A stretch of DNA of 63,507 bases, filler included, from Vannella sp. (taxonomy: Eukaryota), in the NCBI GenBank assembly GCA_023345925.1. It is 9 parts of 9 records of this genome, joined end to end, with 100 filler letters (N's around TTAATTAATTAA, not from the genome) between each part and the next. Parts side by side here need not be neighbours in the genome. Positions count along the whole stretch, not along the records: positions 21,620 to 26,673 come from JAJQQN010000066.1; positions 26,774 to 39,181 come from JAJQQN010001073.1; 7 more parts are not named here. One strand, written 5' to 3'. Positions 25,809 through 37,190 of this stretch are shown in pieces. The notes under the pieces are model-generated. The model was not told where the DNA came from. It saw only the letters and a program-made list of their open reading frames with translations, and did not search any database. A program made the position numbers and the translations under genes. Position 1 is the first letter of the stretch, and the number at the start of each line of letters is the position of its first letter.

Positions 25809-26403
25809 AGTGGGCAAGGCACAGAGAAGTCAAGAATCCTATTTCTATCTTTGCCCTCTTCCTCTCACGTGAGATACCAGGAAGCTCATACGTTTGTTAC
25901 AAAGGAATATATTGTACAAGCCAAAGATCGTGCATTCGCCTTCTCGTTGCCATTCAATAAGATGCCTTGGCAATTGGCATAGAGTGAGGCGAGAATGAGA
26001 ATTCTGTTGTGGTCGTCTGAGGGACCCAGAGATTGGAGCCCAAATGTCACGAGGGGAAGGTTAGAGACAGTCCAAGTAGAACATCCAGCAGGACACATGT
26101 GGGGGCAAGGTCTTTACATGAGGAAGATGGACAAGAAGCAACTATTGCCTCTCCAGGTTCACTCACGAGAAACTGGAAGGTCCAAGGACCTTTGAATCAC
26201 CATGTTAATCAACGTCTTGTTGGGAAGAACCAATACGCCCTCTTGAAGTCCCCCTCCAAGCACCCCTCTCGCTTCAAGTCCTCATACGCCTCTCTTTAGC
26301 CCTCTGAGTTCTCTCTGTTCACCAATGAGTACAGGGACGCGATCGCGTCTTTCTAAGTCCCTTCTACCCCCCCTTTGAGTCCCTTCAACCCCTTTTGACT
26401 TCC

Positions 26404-26588
26404 CTATCCGCCCCCCATTCATTGGAATGCCTTTGGGCAGCCACACGCTCCTCCTCTCCCTCGAAGGGGATCTTTTCGCTTTTGGGTACAACTACGCTGG
26501 AGCCCTTGGTCTTGGTCACACTGACGATGAATGGTCTCCTCTTGTGGACACAACTCCCAGGGTCAACTGGGGCGCTCTGGGGATGTAG
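26404..26588 (+). pseudogene. Second internally deleted RCC1-repeat gene relic
   Basis: The 5' part matches the start of the 21697 gene, then the sequence jumps to a match near 22350 (caactccca.gg.caactggggcgctct) and stops. Confidence 0.75.
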
Positions 26589-26773
26589 GGGCGCGCTCTT
26601 GGGCGGGCGGTTCGGGCGCGGCGGCGGGGGGCAAGTCGAATTTCCGAATTACTTGGTCTTCTTGTTGCTGAAGNNNNNNNNNNNNNNNNNNNNNNNNNNN
26701 NNNNNNNNNNNNNNNNNTTAATTAATTAANNNNNNNNNNNNNNNNNNNNNNNNNNNNNNNNNNNNNNNNNNNN

Positions 26774-29700
26774 CTTTTCAGCTGGAGGTGCTCCAAAGCT
26801 GAATGATGAATCAGCCTTCTTTTCAGCTGAGTGTGCGAAAGAGCTTGAGGATGAATCAGCCTTCTTGTCAGTTGGGGGTGCTCCAAAGCTAAATGATGTA
26901 TCAGCTTTCTTTTCAGCTGGAGGTGCTCCAAAGCTGAATGATGAATCAGCCTTCTTTTCAGCTGGAGGTGCTCCAAGGCTGAAGGGAGAATCAGCTTTCT
27001 TTTCAGCAAAAGATGCTCCAGGTCTTAACCCGGAATCAACTTTTGAGCTCTCAGTTTGTTTTGCTTCGGCCTTCTTTTCAGCAGGGGGCGCTCCAAAACT
27101 GTAGGTATCAGCTTTCCCTTCAGCTGGAGGTGCTCCAAAGCTGAATCCAGAATTGGCCTTCGAGCTGCCAGTTTCTTTTTTTGAGGAAGCAGTTACTCCA
27201 AAACTTAAGGGGGCATCTGCTTTCTTTGCAGCAGGAACCCCAACGCTGAATGATGAGGTGACAGGGGCAGCACTATTCTCTGTAAATTGGGCTCTCTTTC
27301 CAGTCACGATGAGAGGAGCGGCTGATAGTGGAGTGCCAAAGGAGTCCTCAACTTCTCTGCGATTCATCTTGCCAGGAGTAGACTCAAAAGTGAAGTTTGG
27401 TTGAGGCAGCGAACGGTCAGCGTATGCAATACTATCCTGAGCTTTGGTAGAGAGGGCAGAGGAGAAAGGAGCATGCTCTGATCTCCTACTTGGGCTTGAA
27501 GGTGAAGATTCTCTCAATCGAATAGGAATCGCCCTGCTAAGATCAGACCTAGGAGTTGACTTCGAAGGGGTCTTGGGGGTTTGTAATTGCTTGGAACTCT
27601 GATTATGCGAAATGAGCTCGGCTGTGCGACTTCCAGAGCGAGGATTCCTTCGAGCAGGGGACATCAATGAGGAGGGCTGGCAGAATGGTGATTGATTCTT
27701 GATCCTAAGTAGTTGTTCCAGCCTCTTCTCTAGGCCTTGGATGTCAGAGTCATAAAAGCTGATTTGGTCTGAGTTTCTTCTGATCAAGTTATCGAAGTCT
27801 GTATGATTGACTCCTCTTCTCGCTGCCTCGAACGATCCTTTCAAGTCAACGAGAGAACTTTCCGTCTTCCGCAAGGCATTTCTGATTTCCAAGCGCTTCT
27901 TCGAAACCAATTCTCCCTGATTTTTGATCAGGAGATCGGCTATGGGTCTGTGAGCGTTTCCAAGAGACTCAGCGGTCTCAAAACAAATACTCAGGTCCTT
28001 TGTAACGCTCCCCATGGTTTCAGAAGTTAGCGAATGTTGCAAAGTTGCAATAGATTTCATGTTGCGGTCTAATTGGGTCACATTGTCATCAAGTTTTCCC
28101 AATTTTCTCCCAATCATCTTGAGTGATTCCTCATTCCGCTTTTGCCCCTCCTTGAAGCTGCGAAGGGCTGCCTCGAAATCGCCAGACTTTTTGGCAATGG
28201 GAGGTGTCGCTATTGGAACATGTGGACTACTTTTGCTAGGATCGACGCTCGAGGTAGAGAGAAGAGACGAACGTCCTCCTACGGATGCCGAGCTGGTAAA
28301 TGGCTCTGTTGACGCTTGTCTGCTTCGGAGAGGAGCAATTCCTGTCACAGAGTTCCGGCTTTGTCCTTGCAAAGTGTCTCCAAGTTTGGTCCGCTCACTG
28401 AAAGATTCTGTAGAGGATGGAAGGAAAGAAGCAGGAGCGCTCCTTTGTAAGAAATCATTCTGGGATCCAGCTTTCTTTTCAGTTGGGGGTGCGACAGAGC
28501 TTAAGGATGAATCAGGAGGTGCCCCAAAGCTGAACGATGAATCAGCCTTCTTTTCTGCAGGAGGTGCTCCAAAGCTGAATGATGTGTCAGCCTTCTTTTC
28601 AGCTGGAGGTGCTCCAAAGCTGAACGATGAATCAGCCTTCTGTGCTGCAGGAGGTGCTCCAAAGCTGAATGATGTATCAGGCTTCTTTTCAGCTGGAGGT
28701 GCTCCAAAGCTGAATGACGTATCAGCCTTCTTTTCAGCTGGAGGTGCCCCAAAGCTGAAAGATGAATCAGCCTTCTTTTCTGCAGGAGGTGCTCCAAAGC
28801 TGAGAGATGAATCAGCTTCCTTGTCAGCTGGAGGTGCTCCAAAGCTGAAGGGTGAATCGGCCTTCTTTTCAGTTGGAGGTGCCCCAAAGCTGAAAGATGT
28901 ATCAGCTTCCTTTTCAGCTGGAGGTGCTCCAAAGCTGAATGTATCATGATCAAATCCTTGATTCAACTCAAAGCCCGACACCTCTTCGAGAGAAGGGTCC
29001 GTTGCTTCGGAGTCAAAACTCTCCTCTTGATCCTCTTCTCCGGTTGAAGCATCAGTTAAATCAGAATCCTCTGGCTCTTCTTCCGACGAATGATTGGATA
29101 TTGAATTGAGAAGCTCCTGTTGGGAAGGATAGCTCTCACGATGGTTTGGAGAATAGGGAGGATCATCAGGATCAGCTCCGACACGGTAAAAGAAGAGGCA
29201 TCCGGAAGAAGAGTAGACGACCATATGAGGATACTGACCGACAGTAACCATTGAACTATCAACAATATAGACTTCCTCAAGATCCTGTCCAAACACTTGG
29301 ACGGATCTGTCCTCCACCGCCTCAACTCTCTCTAGATCGTGGCTGAGAAAGATAGCAGCAGGGCTCTGGTACCCAGACATGGCAAAGAGGTCCCAAGGAA
29401 CATTGTTGAGAGAGGCGCGAAAATGTCCCTGTGGCCGTTCAGCGTAAATTTCAATGAACTCCTTTGGCTCCGCTCTGAGATCATCCAAACAAAGGACTCG
29501 CCCTTCGAATTCTCCATCAGAAGTGAAGCCCACCAAAGCACGCTCCTCAGTAAGGCACACGATTGAGTCGATAGGGGAATCAGCAGCTTTTCCCCAGCCC
29601 GAATAAGACGGTTCTGCTGCCCAATCAATGACAAACACACGCCCATCTTCAAAGCCACCAACAAGCGTGTCGTCTTCTTTTCGTGCCACTTTCCCAACAG

Positions 29701-30323
29701 TCAATCAGATGAAGATGGCAAAGGGCATGTCCTTTTGGATCATACGTACCACAGGAGAAAGGGCTCTCTGCATCCCTCTCGATGAAGATGCTGGAAGAGT
29801 CAAATTGGATCACGGATTGTTTCTTCTCCACTTGAAGGATGGTCGCTCTCTCCTTTGTAAGGTAAACGACATCTTTACCCCGAAAAGCAATCGTTTGGAT
29901 TACCCCTTCCAAGGAGGAAGAGGAAGCTAGTGGGTTGGCGCTTCCAGATGAACAAGAGGCAGGAGAGAAGATGGAGATCGTTGTCGTGCCGTCCGCGCTC
30001 CTCGCAACAGCGAAGATGAGTGTCTCGTCTACAGAGAGGAACAAAGAGAACAGGCCTTTGCAAGGAATGAACGTAAGGAACGGATAGTTTTGAGGCTGAT
30101 CTGGAGTCGCTGAAGGTATCTTACGGAGAGCAGGCTCTTTGAGAAAGTCCGAGATTGCTCCAAAGTGGAACCCGTCCTTCCCCATCACCACAAGGAAGTC
30201 ATAGCGACTAGAAGCACCTAGGAATGAGGATAACCTCATAACACCTGGGTCATCTGGCTCGAACAGCTCCTTCCGCTCCAACTGGAACAAGTGGGACAGC
30301 GTGTACTCCAACACCGGAGGCAT
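26774..30323 (-). CDS. FG-repeat nucleoporin, Nup214/Nup159-like (3'-truncated)
   Basis: N-terminal beta-propeller-like region, acidic linker, FSFG repeats, central coiled coil and a second FSFG block. One intron at about 29690-29749 joins the two ORFs. Confidence 0.8.
28510..28945 (-). repeat. Coding tandem repeat with a 45-nt unit ([15 protein letters not shown]); second block at about 26774-27150
   Basis: About 9-10 near-identical copies of ggaggtgctccaaagctgaa... within the nucleoporin frame. Confidence 0.9.
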
Positions 30324-30413
30324 GGCGGGAAAGGAATGATGTTCAATAAAGAATCATGAAATAAACCAACCATCAATTAAACAATCAAAAGCTTGCCGAG
30401 GAGCAATTTGGCA

Positions 30414-30455
30414 CATTTCCCCTTCATTTCCCCTTCATTTCCCCTTCATTTCCCC
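30414..30455 (+). repeat. 11-nt tandem repeat (CATTTCCCCTT x3.8) directly before the Myb ATG
   Basis: Seen directly; each unit junction recreates TCATTT. Confidence 0.9.
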
Positions 30456-31411
30456 ATGCCCCCCGAGCACGGGTGGTCCGAGGAAGAACACGCAAAGTTC
30501 GTCGAGGCCTGGAGTTTGTGAGTTCGATTTGTCAATGCGAGAGAATACTCATCGCCCAGAAGATACGCACGGGAATGGCAAAAGATGGCGGCCCACATCG
30601 GGACACGAAGCGTTATTCAGGTGAGAGCATCTACCGTAAGTGAGACAGCGTATCCTTGTTAACACGTAGCCAGATCAGAAACTATGCCAAGTCATATGAG
30701 AACCATCAGCAGTCCACCACCTTCGTTGAAATCGCTCCCAGGGAGGATCCCTCGAAGAAGAGAAAGAGCACCCAGCTCGTCCAAACGACCTCGAAGCGCC
30801 CTCGAACAGATACCATAGAGAGCGTATGGGGATACAGCGGCCCTTTCATGTACAACCCCACCGAGTTCACTCAATGGATTGCAAATAGATCAGATGAGTC
30901 CCTTCGAGGTGAGTTCCAGTCTGATGAATCAGATGAAGGTGTCTCATGAGATAGACATAGAGTTCTCCGCTCCTGCGGATCTTCTCCTGGAGCAACATGA
31001 GCTCCTGAACCAGGCAAAACAGTGTATTGAACGAGCAATCGCACATTTGGCCACCCTTCCACCCTCTGTCGATGGTAAGCACACTCCAGGTCGCTTGTTC
31101 ATATCCTAAGTACATAATCAGGGCCCAACTTCCTCAACATCTACTCGTTCCTCAACAGTCTCTTCGATTGCACCAACGATCACTCGCGGATCCTCTCTGA
31201 GATGTCCGCCATCGATCGTGAGACGATACAGCTTCTGATGCACAGCCTTACTATCAACCTCTCTTCTGCTTCCTTCCGTGAGCAGCATCTGGACATGCTT
31301 GATCAGTACAGGGACTTTGTGGCGTCCAATTCCGACCCCAACTTGGACTTGCACACCCTCCACTCACTGCAGTACGACAACATTCCCTTCCCTCTACCCA
31401 GGCGTAAATGA
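30456..31411 (+). CDS. Single-repeat Myb (SHAQKYF-class, divergent) transcription factor with a C-terminal LCL/REVEILLE8-like domain, 5 exons
   Basis: Spliced Myb reads WSEEEHAKFVEAWSLYAREWQKMAAHIGTRSVIQIRNYAKSY. The last exon reads PNFLNIYSFLNSLFD...HSRILSEMSAIDRETIQLLMHSLTINLSSASF. Confidence 0.8.
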
Positions 31412-33246
31412 ACTCAAGTCACTCGTCTGCATTCTCTAGTTCCCTCTTCAGTGGTGAAACGGACATGTCCGAGGAGGACCCACTTCGGATGGCTGAATTG
31501 GCGGGCAATCTGCGTCATCTGGTCGAGAACTGCCATCATCATGTCTCCAGAAACACGTATGTGGAGGGGAGAATCGTTGCTGTGACTTCTCGTGCGCCTG
31601 CGCTTGAACCAAAGGCGTTTGTTCAGAACCTCAGCAATGACTTGCGCCAGGCAGGAGAGCTGATGGCTCAAGCAACTCATACCGAAGTGGATGAGAGTAA
31701 TGCTCTCTGTGTCGAGTTTTGGACCCTCCTGAAGTACTGTCAACTGTTCAATCGTCTACTCAACACACAATCATGCAAACTAGCCGCGGATCTGTCCTCT
31801 TTGGACCCCCAGCTACGTGTAACTCTTCTCCAACCCTATTTAAGGCTTCATCAAGAAGACTTTATCGCCCAGCTGACCTCACAAGCAGAAGATCTGCCCG
31901 AACGTGAGCTCTTCTCGAGTCCCATCGTACACAACCACCGATACGGGTACTATAAGGACTACAACGGTGAAGACAAGAAGGTAGAAACTCTGACTGACGT
32001 AGAGAAAGCTGCTATCATCGACCGAGAGGTTGCCAAGAACAAAGCTGACGCTCAGAAGATCTTTCGCTACACGCAGCTGAAGAGAGCGAAGCGTTTGATC
32101 TCGATTGGTGGGCTTGACTACTTTGCTAAGGGCGAACAACCGGAGGAGATCTACGATCAAGCATCGAGAGAGCGAGGACCGCCATGTTGCTTCGAGGGAG
32201 AGGTCCCACAAGTCACTACAGTCGGCCATGCCTCCCTTTTGATCCAATTTCCATTAGAAGGGATCACTATCCTTACAGACCCAGTGTTTCATGACATGCA
32301 GACGCTTCTCTATCCACGAAAAACCGAACCAGCTTGGATGGAGAACCAAATGCCACTCATCGATGTCATCCTCATTTCCCACAACCACCGAGACCATGTG
32401 GATGAGCCTTCACTCAAAGCACTTGTTCACCACCAACCACTCATCATAGTACCACTAGGAGATGGTCCGTTGATGGAGAGACTGGGCTTCAAGCATGTTC
32501 TTGAACACAATACTTGGCAGAGAACTACTCTGAAGGTATCAAGCCCTGGTGAAGACGATGCCAGAAGTAGTTCTCTGTCCTTTATTAGCACACCAGCTAA
32601 TCATTGGTCTTGTAGGGGACTGTTAGACGCCAACAAGTCACTTTTTCTTGGTTGGGTGATCGATTCTGAAGCCCATCAGGCGTCTGTATACTTTGCTGGA
32701 GATACAGCTGAACTGTGCCCACGGGATAACCAAGACGTGTACATGAATCCGCACTACAATCCTGTTCGCATGAATCTGGTTCCTGGAGGACCAAACCACG
32801 AGCGCGATACCATGGAAAACACTCATGCGTCAGCTTCTTACGGTATCTATAGCCACTTTATGCACCTGGCCTTTCGCGCTCTCCGTCCGCATCCTCACAA
32901 ACCAAGTGACTTTGACGAGAACGCTGCTCCCGGCGCTCGTGCCAAGCAATTGGAGGAAAGCAAGTTCTGCACGACTCTATTCATGCATCACAACACCTTT
33001 GAGCTTGGCGTAGACCGCTACAACGAAGCTGAATACGTCAGAGATGACTTACTCAAAAGCTTCCGCGGGGAGCCAACAGAGTTCCCCTTTGTCCCACCCA
33101 TCAAGGAACACATTCACAATACTTGCTTATCTCTTGGCCTTGACCCAACAGAAGAGCCCACTCTCCATTGGGCCACAACCATCATTCAACGAATAAGAAA
33201 CCCAAAAATCGGCCAAACCGACCCATTTCCAACGGCATCCGCATAA
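31408..33246 (+). CDS. Metallo-beta-lactamase-fold hydrolase, NAPE-PLD/RomA-like, with a long N-terminal extension
   Basis: GHASLLI, ILTDPVF, ISHNHRDH, PANHWSCR, YFAGDT and MHHNTF motifs. Start may be the later Met (MSEEDP). Confidence 0.85.
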   Translation: MNSSHSSAFSSSLFSGETDMSEEDPLRMAELAGNLRHLVENCHHHVSRNTYVEGRIVAVTSRAPALEPKAFVQNLSNDLRQAGELMAQATHTEVDESNALCVEFWTLLKYCQLFNRLLNTQSCKLAADLSSLDPQLRVTLLQPYLRLHQEDFIAQLTSQAEDLPERELFSSPIVHNHRYGYYKDYNGEDKKVETLTDVEKAAIIDREVAKNKADAQKIFRYTQLKRAKRLISIGGLDYFAKGEQPEEIYDQASRERGPPCCFEGEVPQVTTVGHASLLIQFPLEGITILTDPVFHDMQTLLYPRKTEPAWMENQMPLIDVILISHNHRDHVDEPSLKALVHHQPLIIVPLGDGPLMERLGFKHVLEHNTWQRTTLKVSSPGEDDARSSSLSFISTPANHWSCRGLLDANKSLFLGWVIDSEAHQASVYFAGDTAELCPRDNQDVYMNPHYNPVRMNLVPGGPNHERDTMENTHASASYGIYSHFMHLAFRALRPHPHKPSDFDENAAPGARAKQLEESKFCTTLFMHHNTFELGVDRYNEAEYVRDDLLKSFRGEPTEFPFVPPIKEHIHNTCLSLGLDPTEEPTLHWATTIIQRIRNPKIGQTDPFPTASA

Positions 33247-33443
33247 AAAGAAATACATTGCAACATGCAATATATGATAATTGGGAGGCCATTTCGTCGT
33301 AAACGCCACACCAAATCGGCTACACGAAACATCAACTTCAAGGAACGCAACTACGCTTTTGGGTCTACGATGGTCGTACCGTACGGGATACTTCTCCCGC
33401 TTCCGCACTTTCTTTCATTATCTCGCTGCCCTCAGATTCTGAC

Positions 33444-33977
33444 ATGTCCTCAGCTTCCAACCTGAAGCCAGAACATCATCGAGCCCTCGACGTTCTCAAG
33501 GAAATACTTCGAATCAGTACGGCGCCAACCGATCGCTCTATCAAGCCCATCTATGAACAAGGCAACGTGCAAGTTCTACCCCATGCATACAGCATCCGAC
33601 AGATGCCATCTGCACCGGGATGGCGATGGAACCAAACCAAGGGAAAGAAGGAAACCGTCCTTCCCCTCTTCCAGGCCAAAGTTATCCTCACCAAGCTGAT
33701 TCCCCGTCGTCGAGCCAATGCGAATGAGAGCTTCGTGGTGCCTCTCTACAAGATGTGGGTGTTCGTGGTCACCTTTGAGAACCCCACCCGGACCATCACC
33801 GTCTTGTGGTGCGAGAAGGGGGAAATCCAGACCGTGTCCTCTTCACCAGTCCTACAACGCTCCCCTGACAATAGCTACACTCACTTTTGGCTTCCCCCTC
33901 CCATCACCATCCACCCTTTTGTGACTCCCAAACCCAAGAGCCCCTCCGCTCACTCTCTCGCCTTCATTTGCAATTAG
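33444..33977 (+). CDS. Hypothetical protein, possible DNA-binding regulator
   Basis: 177-aa intronless ORF with a basic beta-rich core (PGWRWNQTKGKK, LTKLIPRRR, YKMWVF) and a Pro/Ser tail ending SLAFICN. Confidence 0.55.
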   Translation: MSSASNLKPEHHRALDVLKEILRISTAPTDRSIKPIYEQGNVQVLPHAYSIRQMPSAPGWRWNQTKGKKETVLPLFQAKVILTKLIPRRRANANESFVVPLYKMWVFVVTFENPTRTITVLWCEKGEIQTVSSSPVLQRSPDNSYTHFWLPPPITIHPFVTPKPKSPSAHSLAFICN

Positions 33978-35191
33978 TCGAATCTGAGTCACTCAGTGAC
34001 CTTTCGCATGAACCGAGAATACACGTGCTTCACCTACCCTGTCGGAACCCCCTTCCAGACATCTTAGACGCAGAAAGGCAACACTAAAGCGCACTAAAAA
34101 AGGAGATGTTCGCTTATTTGGTGACTTTGGTCTGTTCACCTTCTGAGTCTCAGGGAGATGAGAATGGACATACGCCGCAGCGCCGTGTTCTCCCTTTTGT
34201 TGAGTAGTCACTAGATCTGACAGTGAGCTGAAAGGGAGCGTTTTATGTTGGCTGGTACCGGCCCTCCTTCTCACTTCAGCCTCTGTGACCAAGACTGTCA
34301 CCAAAGGAGGAGGTGTCAAAGTGGAGTCGTAAGGAACTCGACCAACCAAAAGCTGAGAGTAGGTTGACAGCCTCCAAGGAGAAGCAGCTTGAGGTTGATG
34401 GACGGTTCCTTCAACAAAAACAGGGGGAAGGTGTGTGGAGAGTACTCGAGAGTTTCACAAAGGGAAGGCTGTTGCTTGTTGCTTGTTGATCGATGGGAGA
34501 AGGAGATGGTGGAGCTTCACGACGGAAGCAAGACAGATTCCATCTTGCTCCCGTCTTACTGTATCGCCTAGCTCTCACCAATCATTCAGTATCACTTGAA
34601 AGTGCTCTTTTGATATCTTGTGAACGATGAGCACGTCGCAGCATCCACGTAGGTTGGGATAACTCGCGTGGTACGTGTTGCGTATTTTTGCAGCATTTTG
34701 GTGAGTGCAGTACGCGCACTTGTCAGTCAATGAGATGCAGAGGAGTGTAAACAAGCGACACACGCTTGGTTAGTGGAAACAACATCTTTCAGGAAACCCC
34801 GTGCGCTTGTGTGGACGGAAGGAGACGTTTGTGAGATAACAACATTGTTACTTAACTTGATAAACCTCTCTGAGGGGAGAGAGGGTTCCGGAGGGGATCC
34901 ACAGCCGAGGATGATGGCAAATAATGCCTGATAAATCAATCCGAAACATGTTGAAATAGATGCTCATTAGGGCTCAACGAGCTTGGTCAGAAGAACTGTG
35001 CAAAGATACTCCTGATGCGTTCACATCGAGAGAGTTCACAGCCGCTGGGGCTCAATTAGCCGGCAAGCAATGGTGTTCTGAGGCCCAAATTGTAACTTCT
35101 GACTTGTATCGGTTGAGTCTAGGAAAGGTCTAAAGTGATCAAGTCCTTGGAGTTCTTCCTTTCGAAACAGCGAGGCAAAAGGAAGCATTTT

Positions 35192-35854
35192 ATGTTGGCC
35201 GGTCTCCGACCCTTGACCAGTCTCCTTCTCTTGACCACACTCTCTTCAGCTTCTGTGATGACCACCTCTTCTCTTTCCCATCATGTTTTGAACACTCCCA
35301 TCAACCAGGTCGGTGATGGACAAGAGCTCGCTTGCTTTGGTCTGGGTTGCTTTTGGGGCGCAGAACGGAAGTTCTGGCAACAGAGCGGCGTTGTTAGTAC
35401 CTCTGTTGGATACATTGGAGGTCGCACGCTTAACCCAACGTACAAAGACGTCTGCTCCGGCAACACCAACCACGCTGAGGTGGTTCAAGTGATCTTCGAC
35501 CCAGAGAAGATCTCTTACAAGCAACTCCTCCATGTCTTCTGGTCCAACCATGATCCCACCCAAGTAGACAGACAAGGAAACGACAGAGGCACCCAGTACC
35601 GCACTTGCATCTTCTACTACAACGACGAACAGAGAAAGTTGGCGGAGGCCACCCGCGACGCCTTCCAGACCAAGCTGAGTGCCAAAGGATATGGCAAGAT
35701 AGCCACTCAGATTGCCAACGCCAAGGAGCACCCATACTACTTTGCAGAGGAGTATCACCAGCAGTACCTGTCCAAGAACCCAGGAGGTTACTGTGGGCTT
35801 CGTGGAACAGGCTGCTACGAGCCAGGAGAGATCAATGGCATCCTCGAGGCATGA
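35192..35854 (+). CDS. msrA: Peptide methionine sulfoxide reductase A
   Basis: GCFWGAE active site, [24 protein letters not shown] and [10 protein letters not shown]-terminal targeting-like peptide. Confidence 0.97.
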   Translation: MLAGLRPLTSLLLLTTLSSASVMTTSSLSHHVLNTPINQVGDGQELACFGLGCFWGAERKFWQQSGVVSTSVGYIGGRTLNPTYKDVCSGNTNHAEVVQVIFDPEKISYKQLLHVFWSNHDPTQVDRQGNDRGTQYRTCIFYYNDEQRKLAEATRDAFQTKLSAKGYGKIATQIANAKEHPYYFAEEYHQQYLSKNPGGYCGLRGTGCYEPGEINGILEA

Positions 35855-35909
35855 CGTCACACTCTCCTCTCATCTCTATAAAGCATCTCGCTGAGTATGG
35901 TTTAGAAGG

Positions 35910-37075
35910 TTAGAGAAGGAGCTGAGTGACGATGCAGGTGACAACAGCAAGGAATACCAGCCAGATGATTGCGGGGATCGTATGAGAGAGGTGGCCTTCG
36001 TCATAGACTCGGAAGGGGTCAGAGTCGATGGCGTCGGCGATGCGAGTGCGAGATTCCAGCAGGAGCTCTGCTGGGGACTTGCCGTCTGTGGAGATTTGCT
36101 GAAGCATCTTCACCCTGTAGTGGTCACATTAGCATCTGTCATCAAGATAGTAAGAAGGACACTCGCTTTACAACACCAGGAGAGGGGAAGAGTGAACCTG
36201 GGGCCCACAAATCAAACGGTCCGTAGAGGGCCACAGGAGAGATTGGAACACCAGCATCCCTGGCCGTATAGAAAGCCCCTGACTTGAACTCTTGAAGGTG
36301 TCCATTCTTGGACCGCGTTCCTTCTGGGAAGATGATGAACTGGTGATGCCCTGTTTGATCAGGTCACTCTTCTCGATCAAGCATGGGGTGTGGCTTACTG
36401 CACGCCCAGAGTTCTTGATCTTCACAGCGGCTGACTTCAGTGCATCGATTGCCTTGTCCCGGTTGGTCCGATTGATCGTGATGCAACCAACCGCCCACGC
36501 CATGACGAAGACTGGAGGGCAGTAGAACAACATGGTTTGCTTCATGATGAAACGCATGGTTATAGGAGCATACGCATAGATCACGAAGGCGTCTGTTCCT
36601 CGTGTGAGTCTCGCTGCGTGGCGGAGGAGACTATTTAACGAACCCAGAGCTGAGAGATGATTGCACACAATGACACACGGCTCTTCAGAGGTTCCTTCTA
36701 CCTCAGCTTTGATTCCTGCAATGAGCAGACATCCCCTTCCCCACAACCGCGTGGCCACGTCAATAGGGAGATAGTATATCGGCACTCCAAGCTTTCGAAG
36801 CAGCGGATTGATGAAGATAGTAGGAACAACAAGCCAGACGAACCAAATGGATGTCAATACATAGCACCACGCTTCCCCCACTCATTAAAACCCTCCTTTA
36901 GACCAACCTGTCTGCACGTACTCGCAACGAACCTGATAATCCACAACAAGCAGTGCAACGGGAGAGGCAACCGAGGCTTAAAGTTGGGGTCCACCTTCTT
37001 GGGTACGTAAGTAAGGTAGTCCTTGTCCTTGTTCCCCTCCGGACCTCCTTTCCGCTCCCGTAATCCTCCCTCCAT
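35910..37075 (-). CDS. 1-acyl-sn-glycerol-3-phosphate acyltransferase (AGPAT/PlsC family), intron-containing
   Basis: CNHLSALD after splicing, INRTNR and FPEGTRS motifs, with transmembrane segments at both ends. Confidence 0.88.
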
Positions 37076-37190
37076 CAAAACAAATGGACCAACCAAACAA
37101 CATTAAATTGCTATTGAATAAGATAGGAATTGCGGAGGGCCAATGGTTGGGTGACCAAATGGACCCTTTTTTCGTTCCCCTTCGGTCTCG

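Noticed and set aside
28014..28949. 311-aa + strand ORF and regularly spaced repeats resembling a CRISPR array
   Set aside because: Antisense of nucleoporin FSFG coding repeats. The units are tandem, with no unique spacers and no cas genes.
33990..35050. Possible multi-exon gene on the minus strand; similar unresolved segments at 25830-26300 and 48900-49400
   Set aside because: Splice-like signals are present, but no consistent model or family motif could be supported by eye.
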